A DNA stretch of 64,000 bases from a virus. Lineage: Duplodnaviria > Caudoviricetes. Under the pieces are notes generated by a model that saw nothing but the letters and a program-made list of their open reading frames with translations, made no database searches and had not been told where the DNA came from. Both the position numbers and the translations under genes were made by a program. The stretch spans positions 32,001 to 96,000 of the IMG/VR virus record IMGVR_UViG_3300028804_000001; one strand, given 5' to 3'. This document shows positions 9,580 through 19,452 of the stretch, piece after piece (position 1 is the stretch's first letter; each line of letters begins with the position of its first letter).

Positions 9580-10698
9580 TTAATCCTCTACTTCTGGCTC
9601 ATCTTCATCTCTAATTGGAGGTTCCATTACCTTAGCAGAAGCCTCTCCAATATCGGCAAGAATTGCATTTGCAATATCTTCGTTGTTATTTAAGAACTCT
9701 GAAGCATTATCAATTCCCTGTCCAATTCTATCTCCTTTATAGGAGAACCAGGTTCCAATTCTTTCAACAATGTTATAAGTTTGGGCTACTTCAATAATTT
9801 CCATTCCACGATTGATACCTGTTTTAAAGAAGAATGGAAATCTAAACTTTTGAAATGGTCGCCATGTCTTATTCTTAACTACTTCACCCTCAATCCAGAT
9901 ACCAATTACACCATCAGCATTCTTAATCTTCTCACCTTTCTTAAGATAGATTCGAATAGAAGCGTAGAACTTCATGGCATTTCCACCGGTAGGAACCCGC
10001 GGATCTCCCATAATAACACCAATTTTACTTCTCCACTGGTTAGTCCAGATAAGTGTACAATTAGAATTAATAATAGGATTAAGAGTTCTGCATGCTTGAC
10101 TCATTAATCTTGCATGGAGACCCATTGTTGCATCACCAGCAGAACCATCCAATTCTGCTCGAGGAACCATGGTTGCAATAGAATCAATGATAACAGTATC
10201 ATAGTTTCTAACTGCAATCTTAGCCATTTCAATAGCATCTTCCCCACTATCCGGCTGAACTGTATCCATCTTATCGAAGTCTACACCTACGGTTTGAACT
10301 GCAAACTCTTCATCAAGATGATGCTCCATATCTATAAACATGTGATTGGAGTCGGGATTAGTTTTCTGATCTGAAGCAATCTTCATAAGACACATGGTGG
10401 TCTTACCTTCAGCTTCGTTGCCTACAATTTCAACCATCCTGCCTTTGGGGTAGCCTCCAGGATATCTTCCTGCTAATGCAATATCAAGAGAGATGGATCC
10501 ACTTGAGGATCTTTCAATAACAGGGCTTTCGCCTTTATCTCTTGATTGGATACTATCAGCACCATACTTCTTTTTGATTTCAGCAAGAACTGCCTTACGA
10601 CGTTCTTCAGGTGTAGAACCTGTAGATAATCGAGCTTCTAACTCTTCTCTTTTCTCTGCTCTCTGTTCAGCTTTAGTCTTCTTCTTTGGACCCGCCAT
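9580..10698 (-). CDS. recA: RecA recombinase
   Basis: SSGSISLDIAL, GNEAEGKTT, DSIATMVPRAELDG, ARLMSQA, GGNAMKFYAS, VVKNK. Confidence 0.96.
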   Translation of the reverse strand: MAGPKKKTKAEQRAEKREELEARLSTGSTPEERRKAVLAEIKKKYGADSIQSRDKGESPVIERSSSGSISLDIALAGRYPGGYPKGRMVEIVGNEAEGKTTMCLMKIASDQKTNPDSNHMFIDMEHHLDEEFAVQTVGVDFDKMDTVQPDSGEDAIEMAKIAVRNYDTVIIDSIATMVPRAELDGSAGDATMGLHARLMSQACRTLNPIINSNCTLIWTNQWRSKIGVIMGDPRVPTGGNAMKFYASIRIYLKKGEKIKNADGVIGIWIEGEVVKNKTWRPFQKFRFPFFFKTGINRGMEIIEVAQTYNIVERIGTWFSYKGDRIGQGIDNASEFLNNNEDIANAILADIGEASAKVMEPPIRDEDEPEVED

Positions 10699-11734
10699 TT
10701 TTATACTCCTCTTCGATGGATTTCTTATGCAGTATCATTTTAACCAGTCTTCCGGTTAACTCATACCTTCCAACTGCATTTTCTACAAGAAATGGTGCAA
10801 GTATATCCATGTAGCCACCGAGGACGGCAAGGGCTCGTGGAGATAATCGATCATCTCTACTTAAGCTTCTTAGTAAATGATTCAGATAGGTAAGCAATGA
10901 AATCCGGGCGCCTTCCCAGGAGCCGGTTACTGCTTTAAGATCTTCTAACGAAGATAACATAGATTCGACCTGAGGACCACAAGAAGAATTCTTCATAAAA
11001 GAATCATATGTGGACATCATAGCCTTGTATACTTTATGAGCATTTCCAGTTTCTGCTTCTTTTTCATGCGGAATTTCTCCGCTGGTTGCATAGCTGGAAA
11101 ATATAGCACTGATAATACCCGGAGAACCAGAAGCAATATCAAGGATCTTACTCTTTACACCAAGATCTACTCCTTCAATTCCTGACTTCTGAATTAAACT
11201 CTCAAGATATCTCTTTGCTGCTTCATAACCTAGGCCGCTAAATTTATACTGACTAAACCTTCTCTGAAAGCTAACCTTAAGTTTAGCCGGCTCAGTGGTT
11301 GTAACAAATACATATACATTTGGAATAGGCTGTTCCAATACAGATAACAATGCATCTTGAGCATCAGGAGTATATCTCTGAGCCTCATTCAGAACATATA
11401 CATATGGTTTGGCAGTATCGAATCCGTCAGAACAACTTAAAAGTTCATCTTCCAATTCTCTGGCATCATCTACCTTATTCTTAACTGAAACATTTATCTC
11501 TTTAAACTCAGGACCAGCATAAGTTCCCGATTCTACAAGATCTTCCTTTTCTTTCCCTTCTAATCCTAGAAGATTAGCAGCAAGTAGTCTTGCAATAGTG
11601 GTCTTACCACAACCACTATCACCGTGGAAAAGACAACGCTTCGGAAGTTTTCCTTCCGCTAACGCTGTAGATAAACCGGTCACTGGACCAGTTGGATACA
11701 TATCATCAATATCTAATGGTCTATTTACTTTCAT
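10673..11734 (-). CDS. clamp-loader AAA+ ATPase, DnaX (gamma/tau)-like
   Basis: RP at N-terminus, GDSGCGKTTIAR, VYVLNEAQ, AQDALLSVLEQP, TTEPAKL. Confidence 0.85.
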   Translation of the reverse strand: MKVNRPLDIDDMYPTGPVTGLSTALAEGKLPKRCLFHGDSGCGKTTIARLLAANLLGLEGKEKEDLVESGTYAGPEFKEINVSVKNKVDDARELEDELLSCSDGFDTAKPYVYVLNEAQRYTPDAQDALLSVLEQPIPNVYVFVTTTEPAKLKVSFQRRFSQYKFSGLGYEAAKRYLESLIQKSGIEGVDLGVKSKILDIASGSPGIISAIFSSYATSGEIPHEKEAETGNAHKVYKAMMSTYDSFMKNSSCGPQVESMLSSLEDLKAVTGSWEGARISLLTYLNHLLRSLSRDDRLSPRALAVLGGYMDILAPFLVENAVGRYELTGRLVKMILHKKSIEEEYKNGGSKEED

Positions 11735-14124
11735 GCAATCTCTTCTTTTAAGTTATTCACAAAAGTCAATTCCTGATTGTTGATAAAGATCTTCAATTGA
11801 TTATTCCGAATCTGATTCAAAAATCTTGCTGCAGATTCTTTATAATTTCTGCTTCTATCAGTTCCTACAAATGTATCCATTACAGTAGGAACATAATTAT
11901 CAATGAATCTCACAAAAGAATCGATATCATTCTCATGTAGAATTTGAGCAAGAATAGATGAGAACCATCCACTTGGCATTCCACCTCTAGTATTCTGCTT
12001 CTTTTCATAGAAGTGTAGATTTAACTGAGTTCTGGCTCTTGTCATACCTACATATGCCAAGCATTTGCCATCATCCCAGTTCCAGTCAAGTGGTCTTACG
12101 CAGGAGGTTACAATATTAACATTATCAAACTCCAAACCTTTTGCAGAATGAATCGTATCGAGATAGATACCAGCGTTCTTACTTACGCGCTCCTTTCCCA
12201 TCATAAACTTATTAGGATGGAAAGTTCCACCTACCAGTCTGTTGACGGTATGCATTAAAGATTTACGGCAAATGTTTGTAATCGTTCCCTTTCTACGATC
12301 ATCCATCTCCTTATTATGAACACCTTTAATAACTCTATCAATGATCTCCTCAATCTTAGCAGGAGGTCTAGATGCTAGATCCTTTAAGATAGGAATGGCA
12401 GATTGAAAATATGAAGTTACTTCCTGCAGTCCGTCATCTTCTGCTGACATAAGCATTAGAGCTGCATCTATAGGCTCCATATTAATAATGTTGAGCATCC
12501 TATCTTGAACAGCAAGTGATGAAGTTTGCTGATGACAAAGATAGCTTAAAGCTCGGTTTACTCTTTCAGAAACACCATCATCTGATAAGTTACTGCTAAC
12601 TTTGAATAGAGAACGAATCATTAATCCATATCTCTTCTTGGCAAAATCTAATGCAATTGTTCTGTTAATAAGATCCTGATTTCTTCTAAGCCTACCTCTA
12701 GCCAATTGCATGATTCTACTCTGCATAATAGGAGAAGAACCAGAAACATTAGTTCCAGTTATCAGCATCATAAGATATAGAATCGCCGTGAAGTTGATTC
12801 TATTAAAAGCAACATCCTGATAGAAGTTATAGAAATCTGTAGAGAATGTCTTACTTCCAAAGAGTCCTTTAGAGGCTGACCACAAATTTCTAACTGCTCT
12901 ATTAGTAGATGCTAGAATTGCAACACTGCCTTCTGTGCATCTAGCTGCAATCCAGGTATTGATTCTACGCATCATTGTATGATCATTATCAATAGGATCT
13001 GCCCAGAAATGAATATTTACTGGAGGGCCATCCACTTTATCCTTAGAAGGAGTAACCGCAACTCCAGTTTGAACTGTTGGATGAAACCTATCTGGATTAA
13101 CAAATGCTTTAGTATAGATATGCGATCTAGATCTATTAGTAAAATGAGTAATATTCTTGCTCATTCTAAAGCATGTTGTAAGGTTCCTAACTGTATAAGG
13201 AGATTCAAGAGTTAGAATCTCCTCTACAATTATTTTATTGATATAGGAACTATAAATAGTTTGAGCAATATCTCCACAGAACAAAGAGGCCCCAATAATT
13301 TCAGATAGCTTGTTAATTACTGAAACTTCTTCATCTTTGAGATCTTGAAGTTCATCAACACATAGATACTTAAATCTGTCAGATAATGCTGATACATAAG
13401 CATAATGAGTTGGATCATTAAGAATCTGATTAAATAGTAATACCATTGTTTGAAAGGTATATACTCCCTGTGCAAGCATTATAGATAAGAATCCATCAAC
13501 TAAGATCTGCTGCAGATAATCTTCTGCAATAGTTACTCTAGCTTCTGAGACTAAGTCATCTATAGGTTTTACACCTTCATCTAACTGTAGATTAATAGCA
13601 TTTCTAATACGATCAACACTTAGATAGTTATCAAGAAGAGATACAGATATGCCGGTGTTCTCGATGTTATTATTTAGTTCCCGAACTATTTTTTTAAAGT
13701 TCTCCCTGTCAATACTAGGGATATGCTCATCAACTTCATTATTAAGAATCTCGTGTATTAACGAGTTCTCATACAGGAGCATGGATTCATAATCATCAAG
13801 AACACGTGTAGCTTCAATACCAGTATAAGTCTGGCACTCATTGAAACAGAATGAGTGGATAGTTCCCCACTTAATCTTTTCAATAGCATCTGGAGTTCCG
13901 AGGTTTTTAACTACCCTCTCTGCAATCTCCTGAGATGCATTATTAGTATATGAGAACAGTACAATCTCTTCAGGCTTAATCTTTCCCTGTTTTAACAGGG
14001 ATACGACTCGATTGGCCATCGTATGAGTCTTTCCAGATCCTGGAACTGCCATAACTACGGTTCTTTCTTTAGGAGATGCGTTGATAATCTCTAACTGCTC
14101 ATCTGTTTCTTTTACATTGCTCAT
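11731..14124 (-). CDS. UvrD/Rep-family SF1 helicase
   Basis: AVPGSGKT, SYTNNA, GTIHSF, VDELQD, GDIAQTIY, TIHSAKGLEF, YVGMTRAR. Confidence 0.92.
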   Translation of the reverse strand: MSNVKETDEQLEIINASPKERTVVMAVPGSGKTHTMANRVVSLLKQGKIKPEEIVLFSYTNNASQEIAERVVKNLGTPDAIEKIKWGTIHSFCFNECQTYTGIEATRVLDDYESMLLYENSLIHEILNNEVDEHIPSIDRENFKKIVRELNNNIENTGISVSLLDNYLSVDRIRNAINLQLDEGVKPIDDLVSEARVTIAEDYLQQILVDGFLSIMLAQGVYTFQTMVLLFNQILNDPTHYAYVSALSDRFKYLCVDELQDLKDEEVSVINKLSEIIGASLFCGDIAQTIYSSYINKIIVEEILTLESPYTVRNLTTCFRMSKNITHFTNRSRSHIYTKAFVNPDRFHPTVQTGVAVTPSKDKVDGPPVNIHFWADPIDNDHTMMRRINTWIAARCTEGSVAILASTNRAVRNLWSASKGLFGSKTFSTDFYNFYQDVAFNRINFTAILYLMMLITGTNVSGSSPIMQSRIMQLARGRLRRNQDLINRTIALDFAKKRYGLMIRSLFKVSSNLSDDGVSERVNRALSYLCHQQTSSLAVQDRMLNIINMEPIDAALMLMSAEDDGLQEVTSYFQSAIPILKDLASRPPAKIEEIIDRVIKGVHNKEMDDRRKGTITNICRKSLMHTVNRLVGGTFHPNKFMMGKERVSKNAGIYLDTIHSAKGLEFDNVNIVTSCVRPLDWNWDDGKCLAYVGMTRARTQLNLHFYEKKQNTRGGMPSGWFSSILAQILHENDIDSFVRFIDNYVPTVMDTFVGTDRSRNYKESAARFLNQIRNNQLKIFINNQELTFVNNLKEEIA

Positions 14125-14125
14125 A

Positions 14126-15229
14126 CTAGTTCTCCTCTTTCTCGATAAATGTTGCTGAGCTATAAACAAATAGCAGGTTTACATATGCACTGAGTAGAAA
14201 TGCTATCTTGTTTGATTTGGCAATTTGAATTGTAATTTCAAAATCGCCGAACATATTTCCAAGTCTATTTAAAGCTTTCTTTTCTGGGTTTTCTATAGTA
14301 AGTGTAATTCCTTCTGAGTGAGTGCAAGGAATCTCCACATTTGCCTTATTAGATAATGAGCCAGAACTAACTGTCATTAATCCATCTGCTATAGATATTG
14401 TTACTTCTCTACCTTTAGTTTTCCTGAGATGTTCTACAATCTCGTTCATTGCCTTTGAAAATAGTTCAGCTGTAACTGTAAACCATGCACAATCAGTAAG
14501 CTGATCTACTTTAGAAAAGATCTCAAGGATCTTATCTGGAGATACTTCCATAATTGGAATTGGGAAGCCGGCTTTATAACCATACTTTGCTGATTCGGCA
14601 TAACACATGTTTCTTCTTTCGCCGGTTTTAGAAACTTCAATCTCCATCTTAAGAGTGCATTCATCAGTATATAGATTTTCATATAACCCAGGATTTACAT
14701 TCATACTCTCTGGGCATGGATCATTCTGAAGTTCTTTGATCCAGGCATGCCGCATATCACCCATTACAAAGTAGCTTTTCTTCTTAAACTTTGTAACGCC
14801 ACAGAATGTATCTCTACTGAGTTTTGATACTGATCTAATTACTGAATCCATCTCAGCCATTTCTTTAATGGCATTAGGAGATATATCTCCTCCCATATTC
14901 AGGAGGCGTTCAGGAACAGATACATCTCTATCTGTAGGAGAGGCAGGAACCGTGATTGCTTTCTTGATATTAGCTTCTTCTACAGTAATAACTAATCTAC
15001 CGCGTTCTACTTTCACAGAACCTTTCTTAGATCTAAGAACCTTAATAATGGATGATAGCGGTAGATATACCTTACTCTTAACATCAAATGGCACAGGAAT
15101 AGAGAAGTAACCCTTCTCTAGAATGTAAATGCTGCTGCCATCCATTATAACTGATGGATCATCAGTAGCAAATATGATTCCATCATACGGTGAAATACAC
15201 TGTATGATTGTCTTCTTAGCTGTAGCCAT
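14126..15229 (-). CDS. putative sliding clamp (beta-clamp-like)
   Basis: 367 aa with a repeating alpha/beta pattern, located between PolB and helicase/clamp loader; call based on size and context only. Confidence 0.45.
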   Translation of the reverse strand: MATAKKTIIQCISPYDGIIFATDDPSVIMDGSSIYILEKGYFSIPVPFDVKSKVYLPLSSIIKVLRSKKGSVKVERGRLVITVEEANIKKAITVPASPTDRDVSVPERLLNMGGDISPNAIKEMAEMDSVIRSVSKLSRDTFCGVTKFKKKSYFVMGDMRHAWIKELQNDPCPESMNVNPGLYENLYTDECTLKMEIEVSKTGERRNMCYAESAKYGYKAGFPIPIMEVSPDKILEIFSKVDQLTDCAWFTVTAELFSKAMNEIVEHLRKTKGREVTISIADGLMTVSSGSLSNKANVEIPCTHSEGITLTIENPEKKALNRLGNMFGDFEITIQIAKSNKIAFLLSAYVNLLFVYSSATFIEKEEN

Positions 15230-15257
15230 GATTACTCCAGTTTATTCTTTAAGTAAC

Positions 15258-17864
15258 TCAGAACGAGATATCATCAAATGAATCAGTATCTGTTCCAGCG
15301 CACTGAATAAGCGACTCATATGTATTTGCGAAAAGACCAGTATATTTCTGCATGTTTAGCTGGCTTCTATCTTTTAGATTTTCAAACAGTTCAACTTTCT
15401 CAGAGCTGTTTGTATAAAAGAATTCTACAGTCTCTCCAACATTCGGATAGCTCCCGTTCTTTTCCAGGTATCGATCTAGAATCTTTACAGCCTGGTTATA
15501 CTGAAAGTGGCCAGCATTATCTAAATATAGAAGTGCAAACTGCCTTAATTCGCTCATGAAATCTTCATGAGTCTTGGCGTTCTTAATCTTCTTCCATTTA
15601 CTTACAACTACTCCTAGATCACCTTCATTCTTCGAGTAGAGATCTCGGATAGTTTTCTCAATATATGCTATGATATCATTCTTTCTAGATTCTTCTGAAC
15701 TAGAAGATAGATTCATATAAGAAATTCTAGTAGATGGTTTTGCTGTTCCTTTATAATCATCGATATCAATCTTAACTGCCATTGATAACTTAAAGCTTTC
15801 TGTTGGGAGATCATTAACCTTCTCCATCATATCTGCATAATACTTATCAATTCTCTTCGCCTGAAATATTCCAGCATTAAGATCATCCAAACACTTAGCC
15901 ATAAGGTCATGGATCATCTCATCTACGAATACTGGCATTGTTGAAGAGTGAAGGCTGTTACCAACCAACTTTACATGTCCTTCAGTAAATAGAGAATAGT
16001 TCTTCTTCTTAAAGATAATGATGTTGTTACGGCCTTCAGCCTCCATCTCTTCTTTAACACTAATATGACACTCAGGAAATTCATACTTGGTTTTAATAAA
16101 CTCTTCAATGAACTTATTAAGATCTTTATCCCGGATACTCTGGTTATTAAACATGAAACCATCAGTATCAATTGCAAGGATCTGATCATTATATGCTCTA
16201 TGAATTGTACTGGCCAGCTCACGGCCAATTGCAGTTACGAATAAACCAATGATTGGGGAAGTATTAGAAAACATTCCTCCACTCATGGATCCATAAATAC
16301 TATTGGCTAGAATCTTCATGGTATTCTGCCTGGAATCTAATAGTTGCAGCTGAACAGGATCCTTGGTTTGCTTCATCTGCTTACGGATTTGAGCTCTCTG
16401 GTTCAGGAAGTTTAAGAGCATATCTTTAACAACTCCAGAAGAGTTCTTAACTTTGATATGCATCCTTTTACCCAGATTATAATCTGGAATATTATAGATT
16501 GTGAAGTCTTGTTCTTTTACCACACCAACTGCATATCTTTCATCTTCGCCTTCATCAATACCTAGTTTATTTCCTAGATCTACAATAGCCTGAAGTGTTG
16601 TAGTATCAGGAGAAAGGTTAAACTGAATCATGATTGATGGATATAGAGATGAAACGTCCAGCTTCTGAACTTCTCTAGATGCTGTGTATTCCCTTGCAAA
16701 GTTATAAGCACCCTCAAACTTCTTGTTTGTTGATAGCTCAATAAGTTGATATACTTTGGGAAATTTCTCTGCATTATTCTTAACAGAAGCATAGCCTCTC
16801 TGCCATGCCATACTTCCACAATAGAGATCAGATAAGAGGCCGGGAGATCTATTAACAGCCATGTTTACTGGCCAGTTCAGGACATCAGATAGAGCTAGCG
16901 AGATAGGAAGATATTTCTCCTCGAGATAAGCAGTACACCGAATATCTGATGTTAGATATTTGTGCATCTGTTCATCACTGATCTTATCCATCTGGGTCTT
17001 GTCATCGTCGGATAGATCGTAGATGCCTTCCATTCCATAAAAGGCAGTAACTGTTTTTAATCTGCGGTTCTTAGTTTTGATGTTGGTATCTCTTTTAACA
17101 GAGTTAAGATAGATATCATCGTGAACTCTACCAATTCCTAAGCTTTCACCACATCTTGTGAGGATCATCTCTCCAGTTTTAGTGTGAAAGAATCCTCGAT
17201 CTCCACCTTTCCGAGGAGGTTCTGCAGCAAATCTATTTAGAATGCTGAGATCGATCTTATACTTTGCACATCTTTGATAGAAATATGGAAGGTCGAACTC
17301 CATAGAAAAGAAACCGGCCACAATATCCGGATCCTTTTCTAAAATATATTCTATAAAGGCATTGAGAAGCTTCTTCTCATTGCTGTGAGATATCATGATC
17401 TTGATATCATTATCATCTGGATCCTGCCATCTCTCATTAAGCATTACTGCACCAAAGGCAATAATCGGATCTCTTTCAGGAAGTGGCATTGAACCCATGG
17501 TTCTCATCTCAAAGTCAAAACACATTACTTTGAGATCTCCAGGGATAGAGACTTCAGGAAGAATATCCTGCTCATACATTACAAGGTTACGTACGAATTT
17601 CTTTCTGGCGCTTCCTACCTGTCCCTGCATTGCAGAGAAGGTGGGATAATCATTTCTTTTAATTTGCATCTGCCGGCTTGTTCCAAGTTCCATAACCTTC
17701 TTGGAATTTCTACCGGCACCTTCTACCATTGTAAATGGAACTACTCTGGCATCTTCTTCATAAAGAATGCTCTTAACTTTTCCACCAGGATTAACTATAA
17801 ATAGTCTATCCTCTGCTGGAACAAAGTCGAGAGCGTAGCGTGATCTGAGGAGAGAGTTTCCCAT
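15258..17864 (-). CDS. family B DNA polymerase with 3'-5' exonuclease
   Basis: ExoI DFE, ExoII FDLPY, ExoIII YLTSD; DVSSLYPS, KILANSIYG, DTDG, KKKNY. Confidence 0.96.
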   Translation of the reverse strand: MGNSLLRSRYALDFVPAEDRLFIVNPGGKVKSILYEEDARVVPFTMVEGAGRNSKKVMELGTSRQMQIKRNDYPTFSAMQGQVGSARKKFVRNLVMYEQDILPEVSIPGDLKVMCFDFEMRTMGSMPLPERDPIIAFGAVMLNERWQDPDDNDIKIMISHSNEKKLLNAFIEYILEKDPDIVAGFFSMEFDLPYFYQRCAKYKIDLSILNRFAAEPPRKGGDRGFFHTKTGEMILTRCGESLGIGRVHDDIYLNSVKRDTNIKTKNRRLKTVTAFYGMEGIYDLSDDDKTQMDKISDEQMHKYLTSDIRCTAYLEEKYLPISLALSDVLNWPVNMAVNRSPGLLSDLYCGSMAWQRGYASVKNNAEKFPKVYQLIELSTNKKFEGAYNFAREYTASREVQKLDVSSLYPSIMIQFNLSPDTTTLQAIVDLGNKLGIDEGEDERYAVGVVKEQDFTIYNIPDYNLGKRMHIKVKNSSGVVKDMLLNFLNQRAQIRKQMKQTKDPVQLQLLDSRQNTMKILANSIYGSMSGGMFSNTSPIIGLFVTAIGRELASTIHRAYNDQILAIDTDGFMFNNQSIRDKDLNKFIEEFIKTKYEFPECHISVKEEMEAEGRNNIIIFKKKNYSLFTEGHVKLVGNSLHSSTMPVFVDEMIHDLMAKCLDDLNAGIFQAKRIDKYYADMMEKVNDLPTESFKLSMAVKIDIDDYKGTAKPSTRISYMNLSSSSEESRKNDIIAYIEKTIRDLYSKNEGDLGVVVSKWKKIKNAKTHEDFMSELRQFALLYLDNAGHFQYNQAVKILDRYLEKNGSYPNVGETVEFFYTNSSEKVELFENLKDRSQLNMQKYTGLFANTYESLIQCAGTDTDSFDDISF

Positions 17865-18208
17865 AAGTCAGTTCTATCTCCATATAGTTTACCGTCAAGG
17901 ACGAGCTGAAATTCATACATATCACGAATGGCAAGATATGAATTAATAGCCTGCTCAGTCATTGTAGTTAGCTTTGGGTGTCTTTTAAAACCACCATCGT
18001 TAATGTTGGCCAAGAAATCTACAATCATGATAAGACTGTGTAGAGCTCTTTTATATGTATTATTAACTACCAGAAACTGAAGTAGTGTCTGATTCATTAT
18101 TAGATTGGTAGTATTGTTATTGTCAGACGCTATTATTATAAAACTAGAATCTTCCCACTTATCGAGAAACTGCTCCGATACCCAGAAGGGAGGTCTCTTC
18201 ATGTCCAT
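17795..18208 (-). CDS. hypothetical protein
   Basis: ORF packed in the operon. Confidence 0.6.
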   Translation of the reverse strand: MDMKRPPFWVSEQFLDKWEDSSFIIIASDNNNTTNLIMNQTLLQFLVVNNTYKRALHSLIMIVDFLANINDGGFKRHPKLTTMTEQAINSYLAIRDMYEFQLVLDGKLYGDRTDLWETLSSDHATLSTLFQQRIDYL

Positions 18209-18213
18209 ACATT

Positions 18214-19452
18214 CTATTCACCTTCACTCTTTTTATTTCCGGACTTCACTTTAACGTAACCGGCATTCGGTGTCTTTGAAAAACAGGATTCGAGTAACTT
18301 TCTTATCTTATCATTCTCAACAAGAACTTCTAAGTTCTTTTTGTTCACTGATATATCTGCAACACTGAGGAGCTTTTCCCAATCTTTCTTTCCAAAGCTT
18401 TCCTTCTCAAGCTTTTCCTGAAATAAACTGGGTGAGAATACATCTCTTACAGTTGTTTGGATAGAATAAGAACCCTTGGTCTCTTCGATTCCAGCTTCTC
18501 CAGCAATGATAAGAGAATCCTGCAGTGCTACTTTTCTAGCATCAAGCTGCTTTATGAGTCCCTTGATTTTATCAAGAGCCTCAACTTTTTGCTGATTAGT
18601 AAGAAGAGTAACATCTGTTACATCTTTAAGAGCAAGGATAGCAGCTTCTGATGCGTTAGCATGCACAGGACACTTGCCATTAAATGCACAGCTATTGCAA
18701 TGAGGTCCTGCCATATACTCCAGTTTTCTTCCAGGAGTCTTTTCTCTAAGAGCCAGAATATGATCTTCCAAATGAGAGATAGTCATCTGAACTTGATTCA
18801 TAAATTCAGTTGAAGTTTCAGCGGACATGATTACATCAAACTGCTTATCAAGCCTGATGTAATCAATAAGACCTTTAACTTGGGTTCTTTGAATCTTAGC
18901 CTTAATAGATTTAGGCTCAAGACCAGCATTGGCAAGGAAATCCTCAATTGATCTCATTACCAGGCTTATATAGATTTTCATCTGCTCAAAGTCAGCAGGA
19001 TTAATATACTGCGCAGTTTTATAGTCTACGATCGTAACTGTATTGGAGTCTGGCTCATAGTAGGCAGTATCGATCTGACCACTAAGAGCAATTACTCCTC
19101 TACGACTGAATCGCTCTTGAACCAATGCAAGTTCATTAGCTTTCTCAATTCTTAACGGAAAGTATTCTCTAGTTTTAATCCGATCTACATACTCTACTAT
19201 GAGCTCATCTTTTTCATCAATCAGACTATGATCAGTTCCAACTTCCCAGTTTTCCATAATAGAATGGAACTTCTTACCGCGGCTTGCACCTTCTTCATTT
19301 CGTGCCTTCATATGAGGCATCAGGATCCTGGCCAGGGCAAGGCCATCACACTTTGAAATATAAAAGTAAGATGATGCACTAATCACCATCTCACTTTCAA
19401 TAGTTTTTGGGTTAATAATAACCCGCGGCTTAACTGGTTCTAACTCGTTCAT
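18214..19452 (-). CDS. PD-(D/E)xK (RecB/Cas4-like) exonuclease
   Basis: GKKFH, GQID, IVDYKT, QMKIY, CNSCAFNGKC. Confidence 0.85.
   Translation of the reverse strand: MNELEPVKPRVIINPKTIESEMVISASSYFYISKCDGLALARILMPHMKARNEEGASRGKKFHSIMENWEVGTDHSLIDEKDELIVEYVDRIKTREYFPLRIEKANELALVQERFSRRGVIALSGQIDTAYYEPDSNTVTIVDYKTAQYINPADFEQMKIYISLVMRSIEDFLANAGLEPKSIKAKIQRTQVKGLIDYIRLDKQFDVIMSAETSTEFMNQVQMTISHLEDHILALREKTPGRKLEYMAGPHCNSCAFNGKCPVHANASEAAILALKDVTDVTLLTNQQKVEALDKIKGLIKQLDARKVALQDSLIIAGEAGIEETKGSYSIQTTVRDVFSPSLFQEKLEKESFGKKDWEKLLSVADISVNKKNLEVLVENDKIRKLLESCFSKTPNAGYVKVKSGNKKSEGE

Noticed and set aside
18214-19452. CRISPR-associated Cas4
   Set aside because: Lies in the replication block with no cas1/cas2 or array; better read as a phage recombination nuclease
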